Positions 36,201 through 51,200 of a DNA stretch of 64,000 bases are shown piece by piece. Within the stretch, counting starts at the first letter, position 1; every line of letters starts with the position of its first letter. This DNA comes from Octopus bimaculoides (taxonomy: Eukaryota). The stretch is from contig NC_068986.1 in the NCBI RefSeq assembly GCF_001194135.2, positions 38,858,249 to 38,922,248 on the forward strand, read 5' to 3'. The notes beneath the pieces were generated by a model, which was given only the letters and a program-made list of their open reading frames with translations, was not told where the DNA came from and did no database searches. The position numbers and the translations under genes were made by a program.

Positions 36201-39200
36201 TAGCTTTCATGTGCGGCGGGTGCACAGGGGCAATAAACACCACAGATGCTCAGAAAACAGATTCTATCGAACTCCAGGGGGAAAAACTAGAAGTAGTTGA
36301 TAGCTTCCGTTACCTGGGTGATCAAGTTAGTAGTGGAGGTCGATGCTCAGAGAGTGTTACCACTAGAATAACCTGGGCAAAGTTTAGAAAGCTTCTACCC
36401 ATACTGGTGACAAAGGGCCTCTCGCTCAGAGTGAAAAGTAGATTGTATGATGGATGTGTGCGAACTGTTATGCTTCACAGTAGTGAAACATGGGCCATGA
36501 CTGCTGAGGACATGCGTAGGCTCGAAAGAAATAAAGCTAGCATGATCCGCTGGATGTGTAATGTCAGTGTGCACACACAACAGAGAGTAAGCGCCCTGAG
36601 AGAAATGCTGGACATAAGAAGCATTGGATGTGGAGTGCAAGGGAGACGTTTGCGTTGGTATGGTCATGCACTACAGATGGATGAGGAGAGATGTGTGAAG
36701 AAGTGCCACTCCCAAATAGTGGAAGGAATCCGGGGTAGAGGTAGACTCAGGAAGACATGGGATGAGGTGGTGAAGCATGACCTTCAAATGTTGGGCCTCA
36801 CAGAGGCAATGACAAAAGACTGAGAACTCTGGAAATATGCTGTCACTGTAAAGACCCGGCAAATAAAGTGATTTCCCGGTTGTATCCTACACCAGTTTCG
36901 CATAACCAGCCCCTGCCCATTCAAAAGTACCTTGGAGTGTAGGGTGACCTGCTGTGCTTGAGGAGACCTATTGAGTCAAGTACATCAACATCAAAATGAA
37001 AATCAAATGGAAATTGTAGTTGTGATCCCCATGCTGGTGGCACGTAAAAAGCACCATCCGAAAGTGATCGATGCCAGCGCTGCCTCAACTGGCTCCCACG
37101 CCGGTGGCATGTAAAAAGCACCAACCGATCGTGACCGTGCCAGCCTCCTCTGACCCCTGTGCCAAAGGCATGTAAAAAGCACCCACTACACTCACGTAGT
37201 GGCTGGCGTTAGGAAGGGCATCCAGCTGTAGAAACACTGTCAGATCAGACTGAAGCCTGGTGCAGCCTCCTGGCTTCCCAGACCCCAGTCAAATCGACGA
37301 ACCTATACTAGCATGGAAAACGGATGTTAAACGGTGATGATGAGGTGGAGTCTGAATTGCAGACAGGGAAAAATCTTGACTACAGCATTCTGCAAGAAGT
37401 CCCCCAAAAAATGCTGTGCTGTTGCTCTCTACCAAAGAGAAAGCTGGGGGGGTCCACAGGTGTAAGTGAGAAGACGAGGCCAAACGCATAGAGCTGCAGC
37501 ACATGTTTACAAGCCCTTTTCTGTGCTTGCTTACAACAAGTACATGGTGGGGATAGACCAGGGTGACAGCTATCTAAACAAGAGGAAGACACTAAAATAC
37601 TGGAAAAAAGTAACTTTCAACATTCTCTCCAGAATGCTGCTGAACTCGTATATAATTTACAAGAAGCACACATCAGATAGACATGCCAGGGTTTTTGTTT
37701 TGGTTGTTGAGGCCTTGATCAAGGTCAACATGGACCAGAGGAGTGGTCCCTCTGATGAGATTGGAGGTATGGTCTGGTCACGAACTCTCAAAACAAAGGA
37801 AAGGACTGTTGTGTCTGTAATGACAGGAGAATGCCTGGGAGATGAAAAAGGTCTAGAATCATGTGTCAGAAGTGTAAAAAAAGGCCTTCATGGACCATGT
37901 TTCCTCGAACACAAGTGCTAGCTAGCTGTTATACATTGTTAAATATTTTTGCATAAAAACTTCTGTGTGATTTAGTGTAGTTTTAGATTTACTTGTACAT
38001 TTTTTTTTTTTCTCAAGGAAGCATTTATGCTTATTATTTTATTTATTTATTTGCTGTTTTAGGTTTTCTTATTGTGATGGATGTATTATACTGTTTACAA
38101 GCTTTCATAATAAATATAGCTTTACATATCAATAGTTTTAGGCACTTTATCCTTTGTTTTCTACATGCACCCATCAATTCCTATCTCAACAGGAAAAAAT
38201 GGCCTTTTTAGTTACACATACCAAAATACCATGTGTCTCAAAAAGGTTAATATTAATACGGAAAGGGAGAAGCCATGATCATCCAATACAGCCCATTAAA
38301 CAATCTTTCACCAGTTTCCTTCTACTCAATTTCACTCACAAAGCTTGGGTTAACCATAACCTCAGATTAACCCAAGCTGTAGGATCAAACTGGAACTATA
38401 TGATTGCAAAGCAAATTTCTAAGCCTCTCACAGATGTACCCGTCAAAGATGATTGGCTTACCTAAGCTGTATTGGTATACTTCAATTGGTCTGTTATATA
38501 ATTCACATAATGCTTGCATTTCAACATGGTTACCATGACAATTGTCATTCCTTTTACGATTTAGGTAAGTGTTAAAATCCTCTGTAACATAATGTTTGAA
38601 GTAATCTACATTTTTTGCCTGCAAATAATAAATTAAGAAAACACAGTTTTAGGTTAAGTATAAAATGAACTCAAACAGAATTAGATCTAAAAAATAAAAT
38701 TTTTAAAAAAAAGAAATTCATATAAAATATCAAACAAACACTGAATTATATGTTACTCAAGGATCATTGAGCAAAGTTTTTAAAAAATTATAAAAAGACA
38801 AAATTACAAACATCAGAAAAGGAAAGATCCCAGCAAAAGGTCAACTGAAACAACTTGCTAAGATGTATTCTGCAAGAATGCATTAAACAGAATGAGTTAC
38901 CTTACAACTTTCTATGTAAAAACATCAATTTCTGTCACAATCATCATCAATAATTTTATGTCCATTTTTCATGTTGGCATGGGCTGGACAGGTTGTCATG
39001 GTCCAAGTTGCACCCAATTGGGAACTACAGATCCCAAACACTAGGTGCTGAAATATGTCAATTGGCTTACTTCTATGGCTCAATGCCCTTCCTAACATCA
39101 ACCATTTTACAGAGTGTCTGAGTGCATTTTCTCATGGTTGTTGACACTAGAGAGTTTGAAGAGTCCTTGTCAAAATATGAAAGAATAACTGTTGTAGTTG

Positions 39201-42200
39201 GAAATGTGAAACATAGTTAAACGAATAGCAAAACTAATAGACAAGAAAATATGACATTCAGAAACGTTCAATTCTATTTATACATTGGCAAACATATTTC
39301 TTTTAGCTTGTACAAGAAAAGAATGACACAGAGTATTACTAGTTGAAAGCAAGTGTGTTAAGGAACCAACTGCATGGAGGAGTTAACCAACTAAGAATAC
39401 ATAGATGAAACTAAGACTAACCTTCATCAAACCTGCAAAAGAACCAGTTATAAAAATGACTGGATAATATACCAAGAGAACAGAGAAATATCAAAGAAAA
39501 CTTAAAGATCACAAGATAGCTACTTTAACAGTAGAAGGAAACAAACCAATTTCATACATTCTTCTGTATTGTCTGAACCTGTATTGGCAGAAGCAGAGTG
39601 AAACCTGCTTCCATTTTCATATAGATTGGAAAATGGTTGTCAAAAATGGGAAATAGAAAAATTAGCTTTCTTTGCATATTATAACAATTCTATAACCCAA
39701 ATTACTAAAAATTCCTGAAACTTGTTTCTATTTAACTAATTTTTAAACATTCTTTGAAAAGAATTCTGATAAGGCTACTTTGCCAAGATAATCTTGAAAA
39801 AAATTATATTATGTTCTGGAATTTTTCTTGTAAAAAAGAAATCCTGAAGAACAAATCTTGAAGAATTGGTGCACAGCAATGTAGGGATCCTTCTCAATTT
39901 CAGACAGTATATCGTGTATATCATGGAGCTTCAAGCAATGAAGTTGCATGAAGAAATAGAAAAGTAATTAGTTCTGCTAGATGGTAATCATTAGAACGAC
40001 AGTCTTCATATAATTACTGTTGCAGAAAAATTGAAGAGAAAAAACAGAAAAGACTGTAAAAAGCAGGTAAGTAGTCCAAGTGAAAGGATACTAGAACAAA
40101 ACACAACTATAGCCTAGGGCCTAAGGATTTTCAATGAAGACAAAGTATTTCAATAAGACAGATGGTTTTCCTATGGCTCAGACTACTATGATAGTGATAA
40201 AAAAAATATAGTCTTCAAATATGAGAACAATACTCTATTGCATAATGTACTTTGGATTTTTGGTGACAAAGAGATGATCCCTTTTACATGGAGAAATGCC
40301 ATATAAAACACACCAGTAATACAAAAGATACAATATATATGGTTTTTCTTACTTAGCTCTCAAAACTATTGATTGAAAGAAGTATGATTACACTATTTCA
40401 CATTATTGAACTGTAAATCTAAAGAGTGAAATTCTCAATAATTTTTATAAAAATGAAATTAAATCACATTAAAGAAAGATTCTACAAATCAAAACCAAGC
40501 AAAATTAATTTAATTTCAATCTCCTCATATCTACATTGCCTACAATCATGTAATATAGGTAACAGATGTACTAGTTTAAATAAACACTTATTGATTCAGC
40601 CAAATTTATATATAATGAAATACTATATACAGACATACAAACAGAAGTGTGGGTGTACACACACACACATTTTAAAACAAAAACAAGACCAAAATCTATA
40701 TTACTAGAATCTCCAATTTTCATAAACTACAATATAATTTATCACACATTTGCAACGAATTAACATGCAAGTAGGAAATGAATCACTAAAACTACAGATA
40801 TTATTTCCTTAGTATATTTCAATTTTTTTTTCTCAAAAGACAAGTGCTAAATTTTTACAGATACCAAACAAATCAATTTATATTAACTAAAGTTTTAAGA
40901 GAGAATGTCTGGTTAAGTTTGTAAATTTACATGTGCATTGTTTAATGAACATATAGTTTGAAAATGACATACTTTACTCTGCTGATCAGAGTGAATCACA
41001 GTTCGATTACTTTTGTCAGTCATTACTGGCTCAAACAGTATTCACTTCATCCAGTTCAGAAAGACAAGGTTTACGGCTCCTTACAAAAAGCCATTTGTTT
41101 ATTAGTACATTTGTTGCATCAGGAATTAACTAACTAAAATACTGAGACAGCATGTTTGTGAATAGGTCTATAAATAAATTTATATATGGATATATTTATG
41201 CCAGTGACACATAAAAGATACTCGCAACACTCTCGGAGTGGTTGGCATTAGGAAGGGCATCCAGTCATAGAAACCAAACCAAATTCAGACTGGAACCAGG
41301 TGTAGTTCTCTGGCTTACCAGTTCCAGTCAAGCCATCTAACCCATGTCAGTATGGAAAGCAGACGTTAAATGAAGATGATGATGTTTTATGAATATTCTG
41401 CAGAATGATTCTTGTGCTTTAACCATGTGGTTTACTTGCACAACAACCTAAATGTATACTCATTAAATGTATGTGTCCAATATTCAACTAAATGGAAAGC
41501 TATTATTACCAAAGTCTGGTTGATCTGAAGCAGATGCATTTCAATATCACTTCTGATGTGCCATTTCAACACAGAATCCAGGCTAAGACTCAAAGCTCAA
41601 AGATTAGTGATAGCCTTCATAATAAAAATTATATTTAAATGCTGAGAACACAACATAAATAGGAAACTAAGTTCAGACAAGTGTTAATAAAGTTGAAAAT
41701 TAAAGGTATCAATCACTGCTTGCAGCAAAAGAGATTCAGCTGGCAGCAAAGATATGTGATGAAAACAAATGAAAGTAATCTGATGATCCAAAATAACATA
41801 AAGCAAAGTGGTAGCTAATTTTCAAATCAACCAGTAAGCAAGCATCAAAAAATATCAGCGATGAAGATTTAGCAAAACATCTAATAAAGACCCCCCCCCC
41901 CTATAGATTTTCAAAATATATTTAGAAACGTTATAATTGTATATGACAAAAGCACAGTAGCTTTGTAGACCACAACATAAAGCTCATTATTTACTTCATA
42001 ATTCAGCACCCTCGAACCACCAGCAACACTGACTGCAGTGAGGATATATCTCATTTCCCCGCTTTCAAGACAGCCTCCCCCATCACTTCAATGCTCACAA
42101 TTCCACTTTGCTCTTATGCACATTTCATATCTATACCACTGATGCACAAAACAATTCTTTTTGCAATTCTCAGTTTACCACATCCCCTACACACATCCCA

Positions 42201-45200
42201 GACTGACAGACATACATTATAAACACCCTTGATCACTTTCTTTCCTCCAAACCTCATCTCTACACCACAACTGTCTTAGCATCTATCAGGTCTTTTGACT
42301 ATTATCTCAATACATCTACCCAATATGCATCTAGATATAAACAATACTCCACCCCACTTGGGACTTATGTCAGTTGGCTACATCACATATGCAACAAAAA
42401 CTTAAATGTTCCAAACAGTTCCCTAAGTACTCACAGCCACAGAAAAAAAACAAGACCTACAACATTTGAAGAAATTCATCGTTTATCCAGCACTACAACT
42501 CTTACATGACCACTACCCAATCTATGAAGAATATTCCCATCCATCACACAGTCCTCTAGTTATCCTACCTCCCAAACTGCTAGTCAATCATTTTAGTCCC
42601 TTGCCAAAAGAATCTCCATCACCTTCCCACATTAATATTCCACTTCTCAACAACAATGGTTCTATAAGCAGTTCCTGGCAGAGAAAATTTCCACTTTGGC
42701 TGCCTGCTTTGCATCCATCTCCACATTGCACATTTGTAAATCTCCAAATCTATTTTCTCCACTCACCCTCAGGTTCACATCTTACACACATACCAAATGC
42801 GAAAGTACTTCCAGTTGTTTCAAACCTACAGGCCATCAACTCTCAATGTCCCTTTCTTTACCCTTAAGCATTGTGCCTCAAAACTAGCCCCAATACTCAT
42901 TAATCTCTTCAATCCCTTCTTCTTTCAAAACACACTTATAGTGTATATCATTCCCAAGAGAGGCAACTCCTCTAAACCTACTATCATCTTATCACTCACT
43001 ATACTGCAAAAGTAATGGAGACAGCCAATACATTGACCAACAGTTCAGATTCTGTAAAGACATATCTACAGGGGACCTGCTCTGCTTTGTCACTCACCAT
43101 TAGATCTCACCCAAGAGAAATTTGACAAAAGCAACTTATTAGCAATATCATCATCAACATCAGCAAAGATTTCAACCATATTTAGCATGCACGTCTCCTA
43201 TTGAAACATTCTGCCTATGGGCCCCACCAGTTATCTCTGGGATCAAAAGCTTCCTGTCGGATAATATCATTGCAGTGTACTGAAAGAGGTCTTTCTGATC
43301 TATTCTACCATCTCTGATGTGTCCCAAGCTTTGCTTTTCCTCCCACCACTCTCACTCTTCCTTCAATACTTCAATGACTTAATTGCTGTCATGTCTGACA
43401 AATCCTACTCTTTATGCAGATGTTACTACCCTCCATTCTTCCCTAACCTCCCCCAATAATGCATCATCCACACAAAACTTAGACACCACATGCCAAACTA
43501 ACAGTTTCCATGAACAGAGAACTTGAAAGCATCCTCCAATATGAATGTGCAAATCTAGTCTCTTTCAACAGCAAAAAAAACTCATATCAACAAAACAACA
43601 TTACGCAACATTTCCCTTAAACATTAGCAACATGCAACTAGAGCTCTCAAAATTATTCCAAATGATAAACCTCACCATCACCAAAGATTTCTCCTGGCAA
43701 AAGCACATCCTTCTACTGACACTACCAAGGTCAAGTGAGACCCACAATAGGATATTGCTCCTACACTTGAGATGATGCTGTTGCTACAGGTCCTCATTCC
43801 AGACGTCAAAGAACAGTGACAGAAGACTTGAAAATGAAATCATACTGAGACCTGTGAGGCACCTTGTTACTCAAGGACAAAAGGTTAGAAGGTTGGAGAG
43901 AGTGAAGATCATTTCCTTCATTGGACACTAAACTCTGCTTGTGAAGATCTGTTGACGCAAGTGAAATCGAAATCAAACTCGATGACCGGCATCCGTGCTA
44001 GTGGAGTGCTAAGAGCACCATCCGAGCATGATCGTTACCTGAGCAGCTGACTGACTTCCGTTCCAGCGGAACGTAAAAAGCACCATTCAAGCGTGATCGT
44101 TACCAGCGTCGCCTTACTGGCACTTGTGCCGGCAGCACGTGAAAAAACATTCGAGCGAGGTCATTGCCAGTGCCGCTGGACTGGCTCCTGTGTAGGTGGC
44201 ACATAAAAAACACCATTTGAGTGTGGCTGTTGCCAGTACCGCCTGACTGACCCTTGTGCCGGTGGCATGTAAAAGCACCCACTACACTCTCAGAGTGATT
44301 GGCATCAGGAAGAGCATCCATCTGTAGAAACTCTGCCAGATCAGATTGGAGCCTGATGCAGCCATCTGGTTTGCCAGTCCTCAGTTAAATCATCCAACCT
44401 ATGCCAGCATGAAAAGTGAACATTAAACGAACGATTATGATGAGGATGTGCACACAAACAGACGCAACAGCCATGTTCTGTCTCCAGATCCTCATGAGAG
44501 AGTCAAAAATATCATTTTCATGTGCAAAAGCCCTGCTATAATGGTGATTTTTGCCTGTGTGGCCTCTAATGGTAAGATGCTATTGATTATCTTTGAGAAG
44601 GTTGAGGGACTGACAGAAATTTGTTATGTTCAGGTTTTGAAAGATGTAAAAGACCCAGATTCTTTCTAAATATCCTGAGCAAGAGATGAGAGAAACACCA
44701 ACAAGATCACTAATAACTATTCCAGTCCTTTATGAACTCTCAATCCTGAGCTATGGTTATTCATGAAAATATCATTTTCATCCATGATCAACTTCACCAC
44801 GATTCTTTTGGAGAGCTTGGAGTGATCAACATCTTTTGTTGCTCAAAGTAGAGCCCAATAGCATTGGAAAATCCTCAGATAATTCCATTAAGTTGTCTTT
44901 GAACATTCCTGAGCTACAAAGATTTGTCGCTGAATCTAAAATTTGGACAATTTTGCTGATACACCCGGTGTGTGTGTGTGTATATATATATATCACATTT
45001 CAACGTCTTCATTTACAAAATTATTCAACTTGTACAACTTTTCTCTAATAGAAAAACTGATGGAAAATCATTTTAAAAACCTTTTCTTTACCTTAATGAA
45101 CAATCATATAAATTTTTGTCAACTACATTCAGGTAACATAAATAGAAAAACAAAAATAAAAACTTTCAGATTTCTGCATATTCAGTCAAAAGCTAATTCA

Positions 45201-48200
45201 ATACAAAAATGTGTTCACCACTACCTGCTAAACCTACCCAATGAAATCAGTATTCACAACTTAGCTTCTGCTTTGTTGAATGCAAAATGTTCTATTTATA
45301 TTATCAATTTATGTTTTATGACTCACTCAATCAGGTGGAAATTCCCAGCCTGTAATGAAAGATAAAACCCACTCCTAAACATCTGCATTTAGTAACATTA
45401 CCTGAAAATGGTTTAAATATTCTTATAACACTAATGCCATCAGAAATGATGACATGAAAATGATACAGAAAATAAAATTAAAATATTACAACCTTTATCT
45501 TAGCAATTGCTTCAACACCACGTTTCTAGTGAAAACCCTACCACCAATGAGTTCACCTTGTTTTGGATGGTTCTTTACTAACATTTTAATATTGTTACTG
45601 CTGACACATGAAATGTTTCGAGCGAGATCGTTGCCAGTGCCCCTGGACTGGCTCTTGTGCTGGTGACACATGAAATTTCTTCGAGCGAGATCGTTGCCGG
45701 TGCCCCTGGGCTGGCTCTTGTGCGGGCGACACATGAGGTTTTTCGAGCGAGATCGTTGCCAGTGCCCCTGAACTGGCTTTTGTGTGGGGTTGTTGTAGGA
45801 TTTTCGAGCGAGATCGTTGCTGGTGCCCCTGGACTGGCTCTTGTGCGGGTGACACATGAGGTTTCTCGAGCGAGATGAGCGTGGCCGTTGCCAGTACCGC
45901 CTGACTGGCCTTCGTGCGGGTGACACGTAAAAGCACCCACTACACTCTCTGAGTGGTTGGCGTTAGGAAGGGCATCCAGCTGTAGAAACTCTGCCAAATT
46001 AGATTGGAGCCTGGTGTTGCCATCCGGTTTCACCAGTCCTCAGTCAAATCGTCCAACCCATGCTAGCATGGAAAGCGGACGTTAAACGATGATGATGATG
46101 ATGCTGATGACTTCTACTAAATGCAACATAAAGTTGTCCATGGCTGAATACTGGTGATAGTAGGATGATGCCAACATTATTGAAGCTCTGCCTTTGTGAT
46201 TTGTTTATCATCATCATCATCATCGTCGTCGTTTAACGTCCGCTTTCCATGCTAGCATGGGTTGGACGATTTGACTGAGGACTGGTGAACCAGATGGCTA
46301 CACCAGGCTCCAATCTGATTTGGCAGAGTTTCTACAGCTGGATGCCCTTCCTAACGCCAACCACTCCGAGAGTGTAGTGGGTGCTTTTACGTGCCACCGG
46401 CATGAAGGCCAGTCAGGCGGTACTGGCAACAGCCACGCTCAAAATGGTGTATTTTACATGCCACCTGCACAGGAGCCAGTCCAGTGGCACTGGCAAGTCA
46501 GTGCAAATGCTGGGATAACAAGAAACTGTCGTCTACTCATACTAAAAGGAAGGGTTGTCTCACTGGGACAGAGACTGATGTGCAGAATAAAGGCAGCCTC
46601 TCCTTTCTTACTTCCACTAAGTATTTTTCCATGAATGAAAAAATCCTTGATGGACAGCATTAAGATCCAGGTCCCACTGAGTAAATCTCTCATAGAGTTC
46701 AACTGAAATTATCAGTGAACTGATAACAAACAATATATACTATAAATATACACACACACACACACTGGAACCAAAATATTAGAGCACATGATCTTCGTAA
46801 AATGTAAACAAAACATTTCACCTGTGAAACGATTCTTCTGATTGTCCTCTAACCCTGTTTTATAGGGAAGCCTCTGCAGGCATATATAATATATATATGT
46901 AATGTGCCGGACATGATAGTATCGACAATTTCTAACTAACTGTTCTTTTCAATGATAATCCTGTTAATATTTTGAGAAGAACCTTTCCCAAGGTCTTATG
47001 TTGGAATAAAGAATACATATTTGATTGTTAACTTTGTTATATTTCCTTCATTACTATATATATATGTATATCTATATATACAAAAATAAGAGGGATGATC
47101 AGCAAAAGTGGACTCCTATATGCTAGAAATAGATGCCGAATCATCTAACCACGAAAAAAATATATGTTCTCTGAGAACNNNNNNNNNNNNNNNNNNNNNN
47201 NNNNNNNNNNNNNNNNNNNNNNNNNNNNNNNNNNNNNNNNNNNNNNNNNNNNNNNNNNNNNNNNNNNNNNNNNNNNNNNNNNNNNNNNNNNNNNNNNNNN
47301 NNNNNNNNNNNNNNNNNNNNNNNNNNNNNNNNNNNNNNNNNNNNNNNNNNNNNNNNNNNNNNNNNNNNNNNNNNNNNNNNNNNNNNNNNNNNNNNNNNNN
47401 NNNNNNNNNNNNNNNNNNNNNNNNNNNNNNNNNNNNNNNNNNNNNNNNNNNNNNNNNNNNNNNNNNNNNNNNNNNNNNNNNNNNNNNNNNNNNNNNNNNN
47501 NNNNNNNNNNNNNNNNNNNNNNNNNNNNNNNNNNNNNNNNNNNNNNNNNNNNNNNNNNNNNNNNNNNNTATATATATATAAATCCATGCAGGTGGCACAT
47601 AAAAAACACCTTTTGAGCATGGCCTTTGTCAGTACCATGTGAATGGCCCTCGTGCCGGTGGTACGTAAAAGCACCCACTACACTCTCAGAGTGGTTGCCG
47701 TTAGGAAGGGAATCCAGCTGTAGAAACTCTGCCAGATCAGATTGGAGCCTGATGCAGCCTTCAGGCTTGCCAGTCCTCTGTCAAATCGTCCAACCCATGC
47801 TAGCATGGAAAGCGGACATTAAATGATGATGATGATGATATATATACACACACACATAAATACATATATATGTATGTATGGTGAACACAACGCTCTCTTT
47901 ACCACTTACTCTCTCTCATTCCTGTTACTTTCTCTCACTCCCTGTCAGTCATGGCTATTACTCTCATTACTTCTTTACTGAATTACTATTTTCTCTCCTC
48001 TCCCTTCACTTATACTATTCTTTCTCTCACAGGAAGGGCATCCAGCTGTAGAAACTCTGCCAAATTAGATTGGAGCCTGGTGTTGCCATCCGGTTTCACC
48101 AGTCCTCAGTCAAATCGTCCAACCCATGCCAGCATGGAAAGCGGACGTTAAACGATGATGATGATGATGATATATATATATATATAAAATATATAAAAAC

Positions 48201-51200
48201 ACTACACTCATTATTATATTAGATAGATTAACTCACCATATAATCAATGCAGGTTTTTCTTATATCAGAATGCATTTCTGGATCTCCATAAACTTGGTCA
48301 GCTAGGAAACAAAATGATAAAAGAAATTACTCTAAATAACACTTATATAAAAATGAAAACTTCATACATAAAATTAACTACACAAATTAATAAGTCAAGA
48401 ATTCAAAAAATTACATTTATTATAGCCTTATTTATTTAATTAAAATTATGCTTACAAGTAATCCCATATACCCCTTTAGCATTTAAACCAGTCATATCCA
48501 GCCCACATATTCTACCTGTTTTACATTCAAACTGACCAGATCCAGCCTCTCACGCCTACCCTACAGTCTAAAAATAAACAACCACATCACAAAATTTTAT
48601 TTTCAAGCTTCAAGTTAATGCATGATAAATTCAAAACAATCTGAAATAAGCATTAACATTTGTCAGAGTAATAATATGAATGCTAAATGGTTTTACATAT
48701 GTTTCTGGATGTATGTTTAGATAATGATAGAAATTTAAAGTATTAGCAATTTAACAATTTTCAGGAAGGTCTTTCTTTGATTTTACCTGATAGAGTTAAC
48801 CAACAGAGTCAAACCAATAAAGGAATCTCTACATAGTTGCTTAACCTGCCTGAAACAACAGCCAACTCTCCCTCAGATCATGCTCAACTTGCATTTAAAA
48901 AAAATGGTATAAATACACTATGTATAAAAAAAAGTGGGAAAGGGACAGATGGTGACAGCTGAAACAGTTCTGATCATAAGCTTTCTCAATCAGAGTTGAC
49001 CTAAAGTTAAACAGGAACTAAACAAATTATTTTTCCTTTGGGGTGCAAAGAAATCAACCCCTGGACTTATTCCCTGTAAGCCTGGTGCTTGCTTATTTTA
49101 TCAGTCGAACAGCTAAGTTATGGGGAGGCAAACATACCAACATTGGTTGTCAAGTAATGGTGGTGGTGGGAACCAAAAACAGACATGCATAAATATATAC
49201 ATACATATATGACAGGCTCCTTTCAGTTTCCATCTCCAAATTCACTCATAAGGTTTTGGTCAGCCTGAGGCTATAGTAGAAGACACTCTTTAAAGTATAG
49301 AGTTGAATTTTGTATAGCCACCTATTGGCAATTTTTCTCCCCCACCCATTTTTCTGGACTCGTTTCACAGTTATTCCCCGTTCAAAATTTGCATTAGTTT
49401 TCGTATGAAAAAAAAAAAGAAAGGAGGGGAGCTTGTTTATAGTTTGTAGAGAAAACGTTAACCATGCCTGAAAAAAGAACATGGTCTTTCCCCACAACTA
49501 AAAGACATGAAGAACTATGAAAGAATGCAAATAAGTACCAGGGGTGAGGAGAAAGAAGGGAACTAACACTCGATTATTCTAGAACCCCCAGAATAAAAAC
49601 ATAAACACCTGAAAGACTTTCCCTCTATTCATTACCAAATGTATTTCACTCTTCTTCATTGTTAAAAGTAAAAAAAGCTAGAAAAGATCGATCGTATTTC
49701 AGTCTAATTGTCATTGTAAATGACTGATGCTTTCCTTTCTCTGTCTCTATTGCTTCACTCCTTTTCTCTAGGGTTAAGAGAGTGAAGGTGTGTGGCTCAG
49801 AGGTTAGGGTTATTCAGTCCATGATCATAAAGTCATGAGTATGATTCCCAGTGGCACGCTGTGTTCTTGAGCAAGGTACTCTATTTCACCTTGCTGCAGT
49901 CCACTCAGCTGGCAAAAATGAGTTGTAGCTGTAATTCAAAGGGGCCAGCCTTGTCACATTCTGTGTGAGGCTGAATCTCCCTGAGAACTAATTTATGATA
50001 TGCATGTCTGTGGAGCACTCAGCCACTTGTGTGTTAATTTTAAGAGCAAACTGTTCTGTTGATCAGATAAACAGGAACCTCATCATCATAACCAACGGAG
50101 TGCCATTTTTTAAAAAGAGTGAAAGAAGAAAGAAAAGCAAATGTTCCATATCGTAAAGCAAAAATGTCATGTGTTTAGTATAAGCAGTGAAAGCTAAAAC
50201 AAAATAATTGCTATTCCGTTATGTATTCGTCCTCGACTCACACTCAGTTCGATAACAACAGCCTGTGCATTGGTGTTTATCCAGGGGCTTGGCCTCGAGA
50301 TTTGTGGGACCCAGAAATGTTGCTGTTAGGACCAGATTAACACCCATAGTGACCCTAATGACTAAAAAGATTTTCCTGCCCCTATATAGGATCTTTTTTC
50401 ATTTTCTTCCAACCACTTGAAGTCAACTTAGTTGATCAAAAGGAGTTGTAACTATAATTCAAAGGGCCCAGCCTTGTCATATTCTGTGTGAGGATGAATC
50501 TCTCTGAGAACTACATAAATGGTGTGCATGTCTGTGGAGTACTCAGCCACTTGTAAGTTAATTTTATCCTCGTGTGGTATAGGAAAGTGAAAGTGACATA
50601 CAATATTTGCTGTAGTTATTTGTCTTTGATTTAACAAGGTGTCTGTGTATCAACTTTCCTTTCTGTCTATGTATCAACTATCTCCCTCATTTTCTCTCTC
50701 ACTTGTGTCCCTCTTTGCTCCTGCTTTTAATTTAACAATGTGAATATGTATCTATGTATCAACTTTTCTTTCAATCTGTGTATCTACTTTCCTTGCGATG
50801 TGATATAAACATTTAAAAACACAAAACGAACATTGTTGCCTCTCACTCTCTTTTACTCTCTGTCCTGCTCTCTCCTTCTTTGCCACTCATTTCTTCCTTA
50901 GAAGTGTGACACACACCACAGGTAGGTACATACAAAAACAACAAGTTGGTGTATTAACATTATTGATATTAAAATATTTTCAGTACCACAGGTGCAGGCC
51001 TCTGGATAAAGACCTTAAAAGTGTTACCAAGTTCATGTTGATGCTATGTAAACAATATAAGTGGATATATATTGAAGTATGGTTGTGTGAGTAAGAGGTT
51101 CACTACCACATTCACTTGCAAGGCTTTTGAGTTCAATCTCACTACATGGCTCAGCAGATGTCTTCTAGCATAGCTCTGAGTGGATCAAAGCCTTGCAAAT

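Noticed and set aside
39300-41950. Possible very old LINE remnants
   Set aside because: Only isolated weak motif resemblances (e.g. [11 protein letters not shown]); not supportable without a profile search.
45604-45925. CRISPR-like array of hairpin-containing repeats
   Set aside because: Units are contiguous with no unique spacers, sit inside a eukaryotic LINE 3'UTR, and there are no cas genes.
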